Shown here in pieces: positions 46,812-55,177 of a DNA stretch of 59,609 nt (positions are counted from its first letter, which is position 1; the number at the start of each line of letters is the position of its first letter). The position numbers and the translations under genes are program-made. Below the pieces are notes generated by a model, which was not told the DNA's origin, ran no database searches, and saw nothing but the letters and a program-made list of their open reading frames with translations. Origin of the DNA: an uncultured archaeon (GTDB taxonomy: Archaea; Aenigmatarchaeota; Aenigmatarchaeia; QMZP01); contig CAZKUD010000002.1 in the NCBI GenBank assembly GCA_964555875.1, forward strand, positions 1-59,609, read 5' to 3'.

Positions 46812-47390
46812 ATGAAAAGATTCTTGCCTGTGCTTTTTGCGATTGCACTTGTCGTGATGGCGTCAGGCTGCATACAGGAGGGAACAATGGAAAACGAAGT
46901 GACAGGCAACGTTGCGGCGGCCCCGGAAGCCCCGGCAAAGACCAAGGTGCTTCTCGAGACTACCATGGGCAACATAGTGATAGAGCTTGCTGACGACATG
47001 CCCATAACGGCGGGGAACTTCGAGAAGCTGGTGAAGGAAGGCTACTATGACGGGGTCATCTTCCACAGGGTGATAGACAACTTCATGATACAGGGAGGCG
47101 ACCCGACAGGCACAGGGACCGGAGGGCCTGGGTACACCATAGAGGACGAGTTCACGGACCACAACAGGAACGAGAGGGGTACCATCTCAATGGCCAATGC
47201 AGGGCCCAACACCGGAGGGAGCCAGTTCTTCATCAACCTGGTGGACAACAGCTACCTGGACGGGAAGCACCCGGTGTTCGGGAAGGTCATAACGGGAATG
47301 GAAGCCGTGGACGCGATAGCCAAGGTCCAGACAGACCAGAACAACAGGCCTGTGGAGGACGTCACCATCAAGAGGGCTGCGGTCATCTAG
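46812..47390 (+). CDS. Cyclophilin-type peptidyl-prolyl isomerase, lipoprotein
   Basis: Lipobox MASGC; FHRVIDNFMIQGGD, SMANAGPNTGGSQFFI. Confidence 0.96.
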   Translation: MKRFLPVLFAIALVVMASGCIQEGTMENEVTGNVAAAPEAPAKTKVLLETTMGNIVIELADDMPITAGNFEKLVKEGYYDGVIFHRVIDNFMIQGGDPTGTGTGGPGYTIEDEFTDHNRNERGTISMANAGPNTGGSQFFINLVDNSYLDGKHPVFGKVITGMEAVDAIAKVQTDQNNRPVEDVTIKRAAVI

Positions 47391-47419
47391 CTTTTAACCC
47401 GACGGCTGCAAATATAATC

Positions 47420-48079
47420 ATGAGGCGGGCGATTCCAGTCCTGTTTCTGGCACTTGTTGCCGTGGCATCAGGATGCGTGCAGCAGGGCCAGCTTGCCAAC
47501 CCTTCAGCCGTATACTGCGAGAAGCAGGGATACTCCTATGTCATAAGGGACATGGCTGGCGGCCAGGAGGGGTACTGCGTCTTCGGTGACGGGTCAGAGT
47601 GCATGGCCTGGGAGTATTACAGGGGCAGCTGTAGCCCTTCAGGGGGCAGCATCTGCGTTGACATGTGCGGAGACGGGACATGCCAGAAGGTGGTCTGCCT
47701 GGGTGAGGGGTGCCCCTGCGCTGAAACGCCCCAATCATGCCCTGTGGACTGCCCTGCAGCCGGGGGGTATGTGGACGTGACTGCGGAAGAGGCTAACGCG
47801 CTGCTGAACACCCTGCCAGGGCTGGTCATAATAGACGTGTCCCCGCATTATGCGGAAGGGCACCTTCCCGGGGCGGTCAACCACTACGTCGGCGATGGCT
47901 CACTGGATGAGACCATACCCGCCCTGGACAAGGATAAGACATATCTTGTTTACTGCCATGCGGATTCAGCTTCCATCCTGGGCGCCCAGAAGCTGGTGGA
48001 CGCAGGCTTCACGAGAGTGTACAGGCTGGAAGGCAACTATGCTGCCTGGGTTGCGGCAGGGTACGGGATAGAATACTGA
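47420..48079 (+). CDS. Lipoprotein: DUF333 plus Cys-rich linker plus rhodanese domain
   Basis: Lipobox VASGC, ANPSAVYC, IIDV...GHLPGA, VYCH, LEGNYAAW. Confidence 0.82.
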   Translation: MRRAIPVLFLALVAVASGCVQQGQLANPSAVYCEKQGYSYVIRDMAGGQEGYCVFGDGSECMAWEYYRGSCSPSGGSICVDMCGDGTCQKVVCLGEGCPCAETPQSCPVDCPAAGGYVDVTAEEANALLNTLPGLVIIDVSPHYAEGHLPGAVNHYVGDGSLDETIPALDKDKTYLVYCHADSASILGAQKLVDAGFTRVYRLEGNYAAWVAAGYGIEY

Positions 48080-48080
48080 C

Positions 48081-48803
48081 TCAATCTTCCTTCTTCTTTT
48101 CCTCTTTGGGCTTCCCTTCAGAATCGGGTTTATTCTCTTCAGAAGTCTTCCCTTCGGGCTTGGGCTCTTCCTTCGTCTCTTCAGGGGGCTGCTCTACGCC
48201 TGGTGTGCCTTCAGGGAGCTTGGCCTCTTCCTTGGGCTCTTCCTTCTTCCCGCCCTCTTCAGGGGTCGGCCCAGGAGGCGGCGCCCTCGGCCTTTCCTCA
48301 GGGGAGGGCTTTTCGACCATCGACTTCTCGGCCTCCTCTGTCCCGGGCATCGGGAGCTCTGGTGACCCCTCGGCCTTCTTCTCGACAGTGGGCACCTTGT
48401 CCAGAGGCCCTCCGGCAGGCTTTGGCCCGGCAGGCTTCCCTTCCTTTGGGGCTTCTTCATTATCTTCGGACTTGCCTTCTACAGGCTTCTCTTCTGGCTT
48501 GGGCTCTTCCTTCTTTGGGGGTTCAGCCTCCTTCCCGGCAGGCTCCTCCTTTTCGGGAGCTTCAACAGGCTCTTCCCTTGCTTCAGCTGGCTCATCAGGC
48601 CCGGCCTGGGAACCCTTCTGGACATCCAGGGCCTTCAGGCCCCTCTCGCTTTCCTCTGGCGTGAAGGAAACCGCATCGCCTGTCTTCACCATCTTCCCTT
48701 CCTTCAGGTAGGTTATGTGCACGAAGTATTCCTTGTTGTCGTCGCCTGTTATGAAACCGAAGCCCTTCTCCTTGTTGAAGAACTTGACCTTTCCCCTTGC
48801 CAT
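48081..48803 (-). CDS. Cold-shock domain protein with long Glu/Pro/Lys-rich tail
   Basis: GKVKFFNKEKGFGFI (RNP1), YFVH (RNP2), then about 170 low-complexity aa. Confidence 0.92.
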   Translation of the reverse strand: MARGKVKFFNKEKGFGFITGDDNKEYFVHITYLKEGKMVKTGDAVSFTPEESERGLKALDVQKGSQAGPDEPAEAREEPVEAPEKEEPAGKEAEPPKKEEPKPEEKPVEGKSEDNEEAPKEGKPAGPKPAGGPLDKVPTVEKKAEGSPELPMPGTEEAEKSMVEKPSPEERPRAPPPGPTPEEGGKKEEPKEEAKLPEGTPGVEQPPEETKEEPKPEGKTSEENKPDSEGKPKEEKKKED

Positions 48804-48874
48804 AGAATCCCCTGTCTCAGTCTTGGGATAGCATGTTAATAAAGGATTTTAACTTCCAATGACATAATTAAAAC

Positions 48875-49147
48875 ATGGCGCTGGCAGACTTGCTTTTCAG
48901 CAGGAAGAGGCCCAGGTGGGCAACCACTCTTATTATACTGTACGTGATACTCCTCGCTGTGGTGATACTCCTCTCATACTACACCATAATACAGGCCAAG
49001 TGCGACTATTCCTTCTGCATGGGCATGTGCTCGGACAACATTGGGGCCCTGAGGGACACGTACCAGCAGGGAACCCCTGACTGGGAGTGCAGGGACGAGG
49101 TCAAGGGGGAATTCGACAGGATTTTCTCTGCCGGAAGGGCCACTTGA
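48875..49147 (+). CDS. Hypothetical single-TM protein
   Basis: One TM followed by a Cys-containing domain. Confidence 0.7.
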   Translation: MALADLLFSRKRPRWATTLIILYVILLAVVILLSYYTIIQAKCDYSFCMGMCSDNIGALRDTYQQGTPDWECRDEVKGEFDRIFSAGRAT

Positions 49148-49201
49148 CAGCCTGAAGGCAACCGAAACGGGTTTTAATCCTTCTGTGGAAGTATTAAGCG
49201 T

Positions 49202-49579
49202 ATGCTTGACACGATATTCTCCCTGTTCGGGCATCTCAGCACGATGAACATGGCAGTGCTGCTGGTACTGCTTGTGGTGGGCATAGTCATAGCCATGAAG
49301 GTGTTCGGCTACCTGCTCAGGGCAGTCCTGACAGGGATAGCCTTCGGGATATTCCCGATAGTGGCCAGCTACCTGGGGCTTCCAGTGGCGGTCACCATAA
49401 ACACGATAGTCAGCTCCGCCATATTCGGCATAATACTCTACATGGCGTTCTCGGCAATCAAGATGGCCTACGGGGTCCTGAAGGTCGCTCTCTGGCCCGT
49501 CAGGAAGCTCCTGGGCATGGGAAAGGGCGGCGAGAAGCCCCAGGTAATAATAAGGGAAGTCGAGAAGAAGGAAGACTGA
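49202..49579 (+). CDS. Hypothetical membrane protein (3 TM)
   Basis: Hydrophobic segments, host-like codons. Confidence 0.75.
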   Translation: MLDTIFSLFGHLSTMNMAVLLVLLVVGIVIAMKVFGYLLRAVLTGIAFGIFPIVASYLGLPVAVTINTIVSSAIFGIILYMAFSAIKMAYGVLKVALWPVRKLLGMGKGGEKPQVIIREVEKKED

Positions 49580-49656
49580 TTCTTGGATGAAACCTTATGC
49601 GGAGATAGCCCGAAGGGGCAAGGTTCCGGAAGTCGAGAGGAAGGAAGACTGATTCT
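49555..49656. repeat. 29-bp direct repeat (1 mismatch) duplicating a gene 3' end around a 44-bp structured spacer
   Basis: ggaagtcgagaRgaaggaagactgattct at 49555-49583 and 49628-49656. Confidence 0.9.
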
Positions 49657-49667
49657 GCGGGAAAGGC

Positions 49668-50237
49668 CTAGGCATCTATGTGTTCATTCGAGCTGTCCTC
49701 ACCCTTCTCCAGGCTTATGTAGGCATAGAGGCTTGTCTTTGCCCTCTGCCATTCGTACGTCATGCTCGTGCTTCCGTAGCTTATGGTTATGTTGTATAAA
49801 GGCGGGACCGAGGAGTACCCTGTCGTGTTGGAGGAGTTGTCAGCCACATGGAGCTGCTTCTGCACCCCGTCAAGAGTGATGGAGACCAGACGGCTGCCCC
49901 ACATGAAATTGCCGACAGTGACGTTCACGTCAGAGGTGCTTTCATTTCCCTCGGCCACCAGCCAGAGCGAGGAGTAGTTTATGCTCCTGCTGCTCATCTC
50001 CTCCTGCACGAACCTGCTGAAGTTGAGCATCACTGCTTCAGGGTCGCTCTGGTTCAGGCCCAAGTTCAGGGCCCTGGGAAGCTCCCCCTGCATGTTGTCC
50101 GAGAAGTACCTGATGTAGCTGTCCGGCCCGCTCACTATGGGCTGCACCATGGTGAGGTTGGCTGAGAACAGGATGACCAGGGCCAGGGCTCCCAGGATGA
50201 AAAACTGCCCCTTCCTTCTCTTGCCTGTCATTCCCAT
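49668..50237 (-). CDS. Pilin-like protein with class III signal peptide
   Basis: KRRKG|QFFILGALALVILF. Confidence 0.7.
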   Translation of the reverse strand: MGMTGKRRKGQFFILGALALVILFSANLTMVQPIVSGPDSYIRYFSDNMQGELPRALNLGLNQSDPEAVMLNFSRFVQEEMSSRSINYSSLWLVAEGNESTSDVNVTVGNFMWGSRLVSITLDGVQKQLHVADNSSNTTGYSSVPPLYNITISYGSTSMTYEWQRAKTSLYAYISLEKGEDSSNEHIDA

Positions 50238-50599
50238 AGGTACAACCTCACCACCATCGGCTGGTACACGCTGTCACCAGAGAGCACCCGGGTGGCCACC
50301 CAGACGTTCCTCTCTGACGGCCTGGAACCATAACAGCTTCCCCCGAAATCGCATATCTGGACAGAATGGTTGTGGCTGTAGAACCTTATCCTGGAGTCCA
50401 GGCCGCTGTAGTCATGCGCCGCTGAATACGGCCTCAGGTACCCCTGGTCGTCCAGGCCCTTTAGGAGCTCGTACGCCACTTCGTTCATGTTCTCGGGCTC
50501 TGGCACTGATATGGACGGGTTGGCTATGACTGCCATGAACCCGACAAGAATGAGGGAAGCCAGGACGGCGTCCACCAGGTGCCAGTAGCCTTTCATCAC
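50228..50599 (-). CDS. Pilin-like protein with class III signal peptide
   Basis: MMKG|YWHLVDAVLASLILVGF; overlaps the next pilin-like gene. Confidence 0.65.
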   Translation of the reverse strand: MMKGYWHLVDAVLASLILVGFMAVIANPSISVPEPENMNEVAYELLKGLDDQGYLRPYSAAHDYSGLDSRIRFYSHNHSVQICDFGGSCYGSRPSERNVWVATRVLSGDSVYQPMVVRLYLWE

Positions 50600-50632
50600 T
50601 TAACATTTATTTTTGGCCTCTAATAAACTCTA

Positions 50633-51274
50633 ATGGAACTGGAAGAGGCCTACTCCAGGCTGCTGGAAAGGTTCGGCCCCCAGGGCTGGTGGCCCTCTGA
50701 CGGGGGCTTCAGGCCAAGGGAGCTTGAGGTGTGCATAGGCGCCATGCTGACCCAGAACACCTCCTGGAAGAACGTGGAGAAGGCGCTGGAAGGCCTCAGG
50801 AAGGAGTGCAGGACAGTGGAAGAGCTGGCCTCCATCAGGAAAGGGAGGCTGGAGAAGCTGATAAGGCCCAGCGGATACTACAGGCAGAAGGCGGAGAGGC
50901 TGAAGGGCTTCGCCAGGTTCATCATAGGGTACGGGGGGATGGGGAAGTTCCTCAGGAAGGTGACCAGGGACGAGCTCCTCTCAGTCAGGGGGATAGGCCC
51001 TGAGACAGCGGACTCCATCCTGCTCTATGCCTGCGGAAAGCCCTGGTTCGTGGTGGACCTGTACACGAAGAGGGTGTTCTCCAGGGCAGGCCTGTTGGGG
51101 GAGAAGGACAGCTATGGCCAGGTGCAGGAGCTCTTCATGTCAGGCCTGGAGAGGGACGTGGGAAAGTACAGGGAATTCCATGCCCTGATAGTCGAGCTGT
51201 CCAAGAGGCACTGCAGGAAGAGGCCCTCCTGCAGGGACTGCCCGCTTGCTTCCGGCTGCAGGAAGATGCTATAA
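50633..51274 (+). CDS. HhH-GPD DNA glycosylase, endonuclease III-like with 4Fe-4S motif
   Basis: LTQNTSWKNV, GIGPETADSILLYA, VVD, CRKRPSCRDCPLASGC. Confidence 0.9.
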   Translation: MELEEAYSRLLERFGPQGWWPSDGGFRPRELEVCIGAMLTQNTSWKNVEKALEGLRKECRTVEELASIRKGRLEKLIRPSGYYRQKAERLKGFARFIIGYGGMGKFLRKVTRDELLSVRGIGPETADSILLYACGKPWFVVDLYTKRVFSRAGLLGEKDSYGQVQELFMSGLERDVGKYREFHALIVELSKRHCRKRPSCRDCPLASGCRKML

Positions 51275-51306
51275 GATTTCTTGTAGCAAACCATATAAGC
51301 AGTCCC

Positions 51307-51327
51307 AAGAGATGCCCCTCTTTTTTT
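51307..51327 (+). terminator. Hairpin plus T-run downstream of the glycosylase gene
   Basis: aagag-atgccc-ctctt followed by T-run. Confidence 0.5.
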
Positions 51328-51367
51328 GGCCTGTCTTTTAGTAAATGCCTTATATGATGCATGCCAA

Positions 51368-51541
51368 ATGGTTAACATGGACACGAAACAGTACCTGAAG
51401 CCCGAGGAAAGGGAGGCCCTTGGAATGAAGCGCGACAGGGAGAGGGGCGGAGCAATCGGGGAGATAAGCTGGTACGTGACGACAGAGGACGGAAGGGAAG
51501 TGCTGAAGGTGTACAGGGGAAGCAGGGAAATCGGCCTTTAG
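51368..51541 (+). CDS. Small hypothetical protein
   Basis: M(VNM)DTKQYLKPEEREALG...; host-like codons; converges on pelota. Confidence 0.55.
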   Translation: MVNMDTKQYLKPEEREALGMKRDRERGGAIGEISWYVTTEDGREVLKVYRGSREIGL

Positions 51542-52536
51542 GGCCTGTACCTGAGTATGCCCCCGACTCCCCCGAGGGAGAGGAACCTCTCGCCTGCCTC
51601 ATGCGAGGCTGATATCACCATTATTTCTGCCCCTGTCTTCTCTGCAAGGTCCATCATCCCCTCGCATTCCCTGACCATTGCCTCGGACACCAGCAGGGTC
51701 TCTATCGCGCCTGCTGCAGCTGCCGCCTGCGTCTCCTTCTTCCCGTAGACAGCCATCCCCTCCTTTCCCATCTCCTCAAGCAGCCTCTCGACCGCCTTGG
51801 TCTCCCTGGAGACCCTCGTGCCCTCCAGCACCCTGTCAGCAGAGGTCCTTATCACTTCCTGTATGCCTGTCCTGCCTGTCTCGGAGACCTTCTCGAGGGA
51901 TATCCTGCCTGCCAGCTTGGGGTCCTCCTCCTTTATCCTCCTGTACAGGTTCTCTGCCTCGAACCCGGGGCCTGCCAGTATTATCCTCTCGTACTTCTCC
52001 TGCTTCCTGAGGGTGTCCATCACATCCTTGTGGAAGCTGTCCCTCTTCTCCTCTCCCAACACCTTCCTGAACCTGATGGAGCCCAGCATCTCCAGGCCGG
52101 ATGCCTTCAGGCCCCCGAAGTCTGCGCCTTCCCTGTCTATCACGCATATGTACAGGAGGGGCTCCTTTACCCTGGCCCTGTCCAGCCTGTCCAGCTGGTA
52201 CCTCTTCCATTCCTTCGTGACTGTCAGGCCTGTCCCTGGCTCGGCCTCTATGGTGTGGTACCCGGACATGTCCCCAGGGCCTTCCCTTATCCTGCCCGTT
52301 ATCCTGAGCCTGCCTGCCTCATGGAAGCCTATCTTCTCTGCCTCCAGGGTTAGGGTGACGGGCTTCCTCTCGCCCTTCACTATCTCCTCCCCCCTCTTTA
52401 GGGTGGCCTTCCTGAAAGTCCTGGCCCTGACCATGTCCCCTGGCTCCAGCACCTTCTCCAGGTGCCAGAGGTCGTCCAGGTTCTCGGGCACCAGGGAGAT
52501 GACTCCGTGCCTCATGTCCTTCTTGGCTATGCGCAT
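51538..52536 (-). CDS. pelA: Ribosome rescue factor pelota
   Basis: PENLDDLWHL, GYHTI, ILAGPG, AIETLLVSE, SLGGVGGILRY. Confidence 0.94.
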   Translation of the reverse strand: MRIAKKDMRHGVISLVPENLDDLWHLEKVLEPGDMVRARTFRKATLKRGEEIVKGERKPVTLTLEAEKIGFHEAGRLRITGRIREGPGDMSGYHTIEAEPGTGLTVTKEWKRYQLDRLDRARVKEPLLYICVIDREGADFGGLKASGLEMLGSIRFRKVLGEEKRDSFHKDVMDTLRKQEKYERIILAGPGFEAENLYRRIKEEDPKLAGRISLEKVSETGRTGIQEVIRTSADRVLEGTRVSRETKAVERLLEEMGKEGMAVYGKKETQAAAAAGAIETLLVSEAMVRECEGMMDLAEKTGAEIMVISASHEAGERFLSLGGVGGILRYRP

Positions 52537-52574
52537 GCTTTCACGTTTTTATATTTAGCCCCTGAATATTAATT

Positions 52575-53702
52575 ATGGCCAAGTTCCCGAAGGTGGACGA
52601 TTTCATACTTCTCCTCATCATAGCAGGCGTTCTGATGGCGGTATTCTACTTCATGACGCCCCTCTCATCGATGGGCACCCCTACAGGGGTCAAGTCCATA
52701 AAGGAGTTCACCCTGGGCTCTGTGGGCTATGTGGAGGCCATACCAGCCAAGACGCTCTCATTGGGCTCCTTCAAGGTGGGCCAGACCCAGACCAACACCC
52801 TCAGGTCTCTTCCCAGGCTCACCCTGTCCTCTTCGCTCTTCTCCACTGACAGCCAGGAATACGTGATAGACGTGCCGAGCTGGTACCATGACTCGATGGA
52901 GAAGCTGGCCATAACCTTCGACGTGGCGGAGTCGAACATGTACGGGAACCTGGCCGTCAGGTGGAACGGAAGGGACGTCTTCTACGAGGCCGCCAACCCG
53001 AGGGGCTACCTGATAGAGGTGACCCCTGATTACGTGGAGGAGAGGAACACGCTCACCGTGACCGCAGAGGGGCCCGGCATGAGGTTCTGGGCGAACACGA
53101 TATACGACCTGAGGGACCTGGAGGTCACCCTGGAATACGGGCCTGTCAAGCTGTACCCGTTCGAGCTATACCAGAACGAGCTCCAGTCGTTCAGGAGCGG
53201 CCAGGTGGACTTCTACGGCTCAGGGCCGGGCAGGCTGCTGGTGAAGGTGAACGGCAAGCAGATATACTACAAGTCGCCCGTGGGGCAGGAATCGGCAGAG
53301 TTCACCTTCACTGAGGTGCCCCTGTCAGTGGGCGAGAACATACTCTCGTTCGAGACCAGGGACGGGACGGTTGACCTGTTCAACACCGAGCTGAAGGTGT
53401 TCCTGCTCACCAACCAGATAACCAGGTCCAGGACGTTCAACCTGACCAGCCAGGACATCCTTGCCATGTCACAGCAGAGGTTCAAGGGAAGGGTGACATA
53501 CACCATAGGCAGCATAGAGAGGGAGGGCAGCCTTTCGGTCAAGCTGAACGGCAACTCCCTGAGCGTGCCCCAGCCAAGGGCAGGGGAGAACACGGTCTAT
53601 TTCACTGCAGAGGACTCCAACGAGGGCAGGAACACGATAGAGTTCTCAGGCACCGGCTCGTTCGACATCCCTGAAGTGGTGGTGGACCTGGCTGCAGCAT
53701 AG
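52575..53702 (+). CDS. Hypothetical N-terminally anchored beta-rich surface protein
   Basis: N-terminal TM, beta-strand-rich body. Confidence 0.85.
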   Translation: MAKFPKVDDFILLLIIAGVLMAVFYFMTPLSSMGTPTGVKSIKEFTLGSVGYVEAIPAKTLSLGSFKVGQTQTNTLRSLPRLTLSSSLFSTDSQEYVIDVPSWYHDSMEKLAITFDVAESNMYGNLAVRWNGRDVFYEAANPRGYLIEVTPDYVEERNTLTVTAEGPGMRFWANTIYDLRDLEVTLEYGPVKLYPFELYQNELQSFRSGQVDFYGSGPGRLLVKVNGKQIYYKSPVGQESAEFTFTEVPLSVGENILSFETRDGTVDLFNTELKVFLLTNQITRSRTFNLTSQDILAMSQQRFKGRVTYTIGSIEREGSLSVKLNGNSLSVPQPRAGENTVYFTAEDSNEGRNTIEFSGTGSFDIPEVVVDLAAA

Positions 53703-53754
53703 GCACAAATTCGTTTTTTATTCGCTTCCTACCATTAATTAAGTAGGAGACAGT

Positions 53755-55173
53755 ATGCCGTTCAATGCAGAGGACCACAGGACTGACATAGAAAATCTTG
53801 TAGCAGAACTGATTGATGAGGACAATGACATATCCCAGTCCACTGTCAGGGATTCGATAGCAGCCGCAATGAAGGGGAGGGGAGACCTGCTGACCCATGT
53901 GGAAATCAACATTAGGGTGAAACTGGAGAGTTCCCCTCTCTGGGAAGCAGCTAAAGCAGACCCAATAAGGTTCGGGGACCTGGTCGGGCAGCTTGTGGCC
54001 ATAATAGGCCCCGCCTACAGACGGAAGAAGGCTGCCATTGCGCCCGGGAGGCGCGCCGCGGGAGGCGGCAGAAGGGGGAGGGCAGCTGCCCCGGCACCAA
54101 TTCCGGCACCCGCTCCTGTCCCGGCCGCAGGGGCAGGGGGAGTCACGCTGACGGTCGTGGTCAAGGACGAGCGAGGCAACGCAGTAAACGACGCCACAAT
54201 ACACATATACGGGGTGACGGACACAGGAGGCTGGGAACTTGCCGGCGTCAACACCGACACATGGCCGGAACTGCTTCCGGAGGGCACATATACCATAGAG
54301 TGCATCAGGAGCGGATACGAGCTCAGCGAAAAGACCGTAGCCCTGAAGAAGGGCGTACAGACCATAAAGTTCACGCTGAAGAGAATAAAGGTGGAGCAGC
54401 CCTCTGAAGGCATGGCGACAATCCACGGAAAGGTTGTGGACGCCAAGACCAAGGAAAGGCTGGGCTCGGCCACCGAGAACATTGGGGTGACATCAGGGAG
54501 CGGGACTGCCTCGGCAGACCAGGACACTTCAACATACCTCATCGAGGACGCCAAGCCGGGCAGGGTCAAGATAACGGTCACCAGGCCCGGGTACATACCG
54601 CAGAAGAAGACCGTAGACGTTGACGAGGATGATATAAAGGAGGTCAACTTCGAGCTCCAGAAAAGGAAGGAGGGCGAAGAGCCTCTGACTAAATACTCGT
54701 TCGTAGACCATATCAAATCGCCCACAGGCCCCATAATACACATAATCATCGGGGCGGCCGTGCTGTCTGTTCTGGGCAATTTCTGGATATTCTTTGCCTT
54801 CCTTCTCTGGGCGCTTTACACCATGTTCCCTCCCCCATTCAGCCTGGAAACCATAGCAAGGGAGATGAGGAAGCAAGAGAAAGCCCTGATGGAAGAGACA
54901 GATTCAGACGAGATAAAGAAGATAGAGGCCAGGATAAGCGCCCTGAAAGGCGAGGCCGACATCGAGAAGATATGGCAAGAAGAGGAGGGCAGGGCAGGAT
55001 CGGTGATTTTCATGACCATTGCCAGGGAAATAATAAAGGTGGGCGGCATCTTCTTTCTTGGCCTTGGGATACTGCTTTCAGGCCTGCCGCTCTCTGTGCT
55101 GGTGGGCTTCATCGTGCTGATAGCCGCCTACATGATATTGGGCGGGGACAGGAAGGAGAAAAAGAAGAGCTGA
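53755..55173 (+). CDS. Membrane protein with two carboxypeptidase-regulatory-like beta-sandwiches before C-terminal TMs
   Basis: LTVVVKDERGNAVNDATI and IHGKVVDAKT...ITVTRPGY; PA-rich linker; 3-4 TMs. Confidence 0.8.
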   Translation: MPFNAEDHRTDIENLVAELIDEDNDISQSTVRDSIAAAMKGRGDLLTHVEINIRVKLESSPLWEAAKADPIRFGDLVGQLVAIIGPAYRRKKAAIAPGRRAAGGGRRGRAAAPAPIPAPAPVPAAGAGGVTLTVVVKDERGNAVNDATIHIYGVTDTGGWELAGVNTDTWPELLPEGTYTIECIRSGYELSEKTVALKKGVQTIKFTLKRIKVEQPSEGMATIHGKVVDAKTKERLGSATENIGVTSGSGTASADQDTSTYLIEDAKPGRVKITVTRPGYIPQKKTVDVDEDDIKEVNFELQKRKEGEEPLTKYSFVDHIKSPTGPIIHIIIGAAVLSVLGNFWIFFAFLLWALYTMFPPPFSLETIAREMRKQEKALMEETDSDEIKKIEARISALKGEADIEKIWQEEEGRAGSVIFMTIAREIIKVGGIFFLGLGILLSGLPLSVLVGFIVLIAAYMILGGDRKEKKKS

Positions 55174-55177
55174 TACC

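Noticed and set aside
48106-48711. Ser/Gly-rich plus-strand ORF and similar long overlapping ORFs (e.g. 2312-2965, 17088-17798, 40798-41595)
   Set aside because: Antisense shadows of recognisable genes, caused by GC-rich codon bias.
49555-49656. 29-bp repeat / 44-bp spacer as a mini-CRISPR
   Set aside because: The first repeat is the coding end of a gene, there are only two copies, and no leader or cas genes; kept as a gene-end duplication instead.
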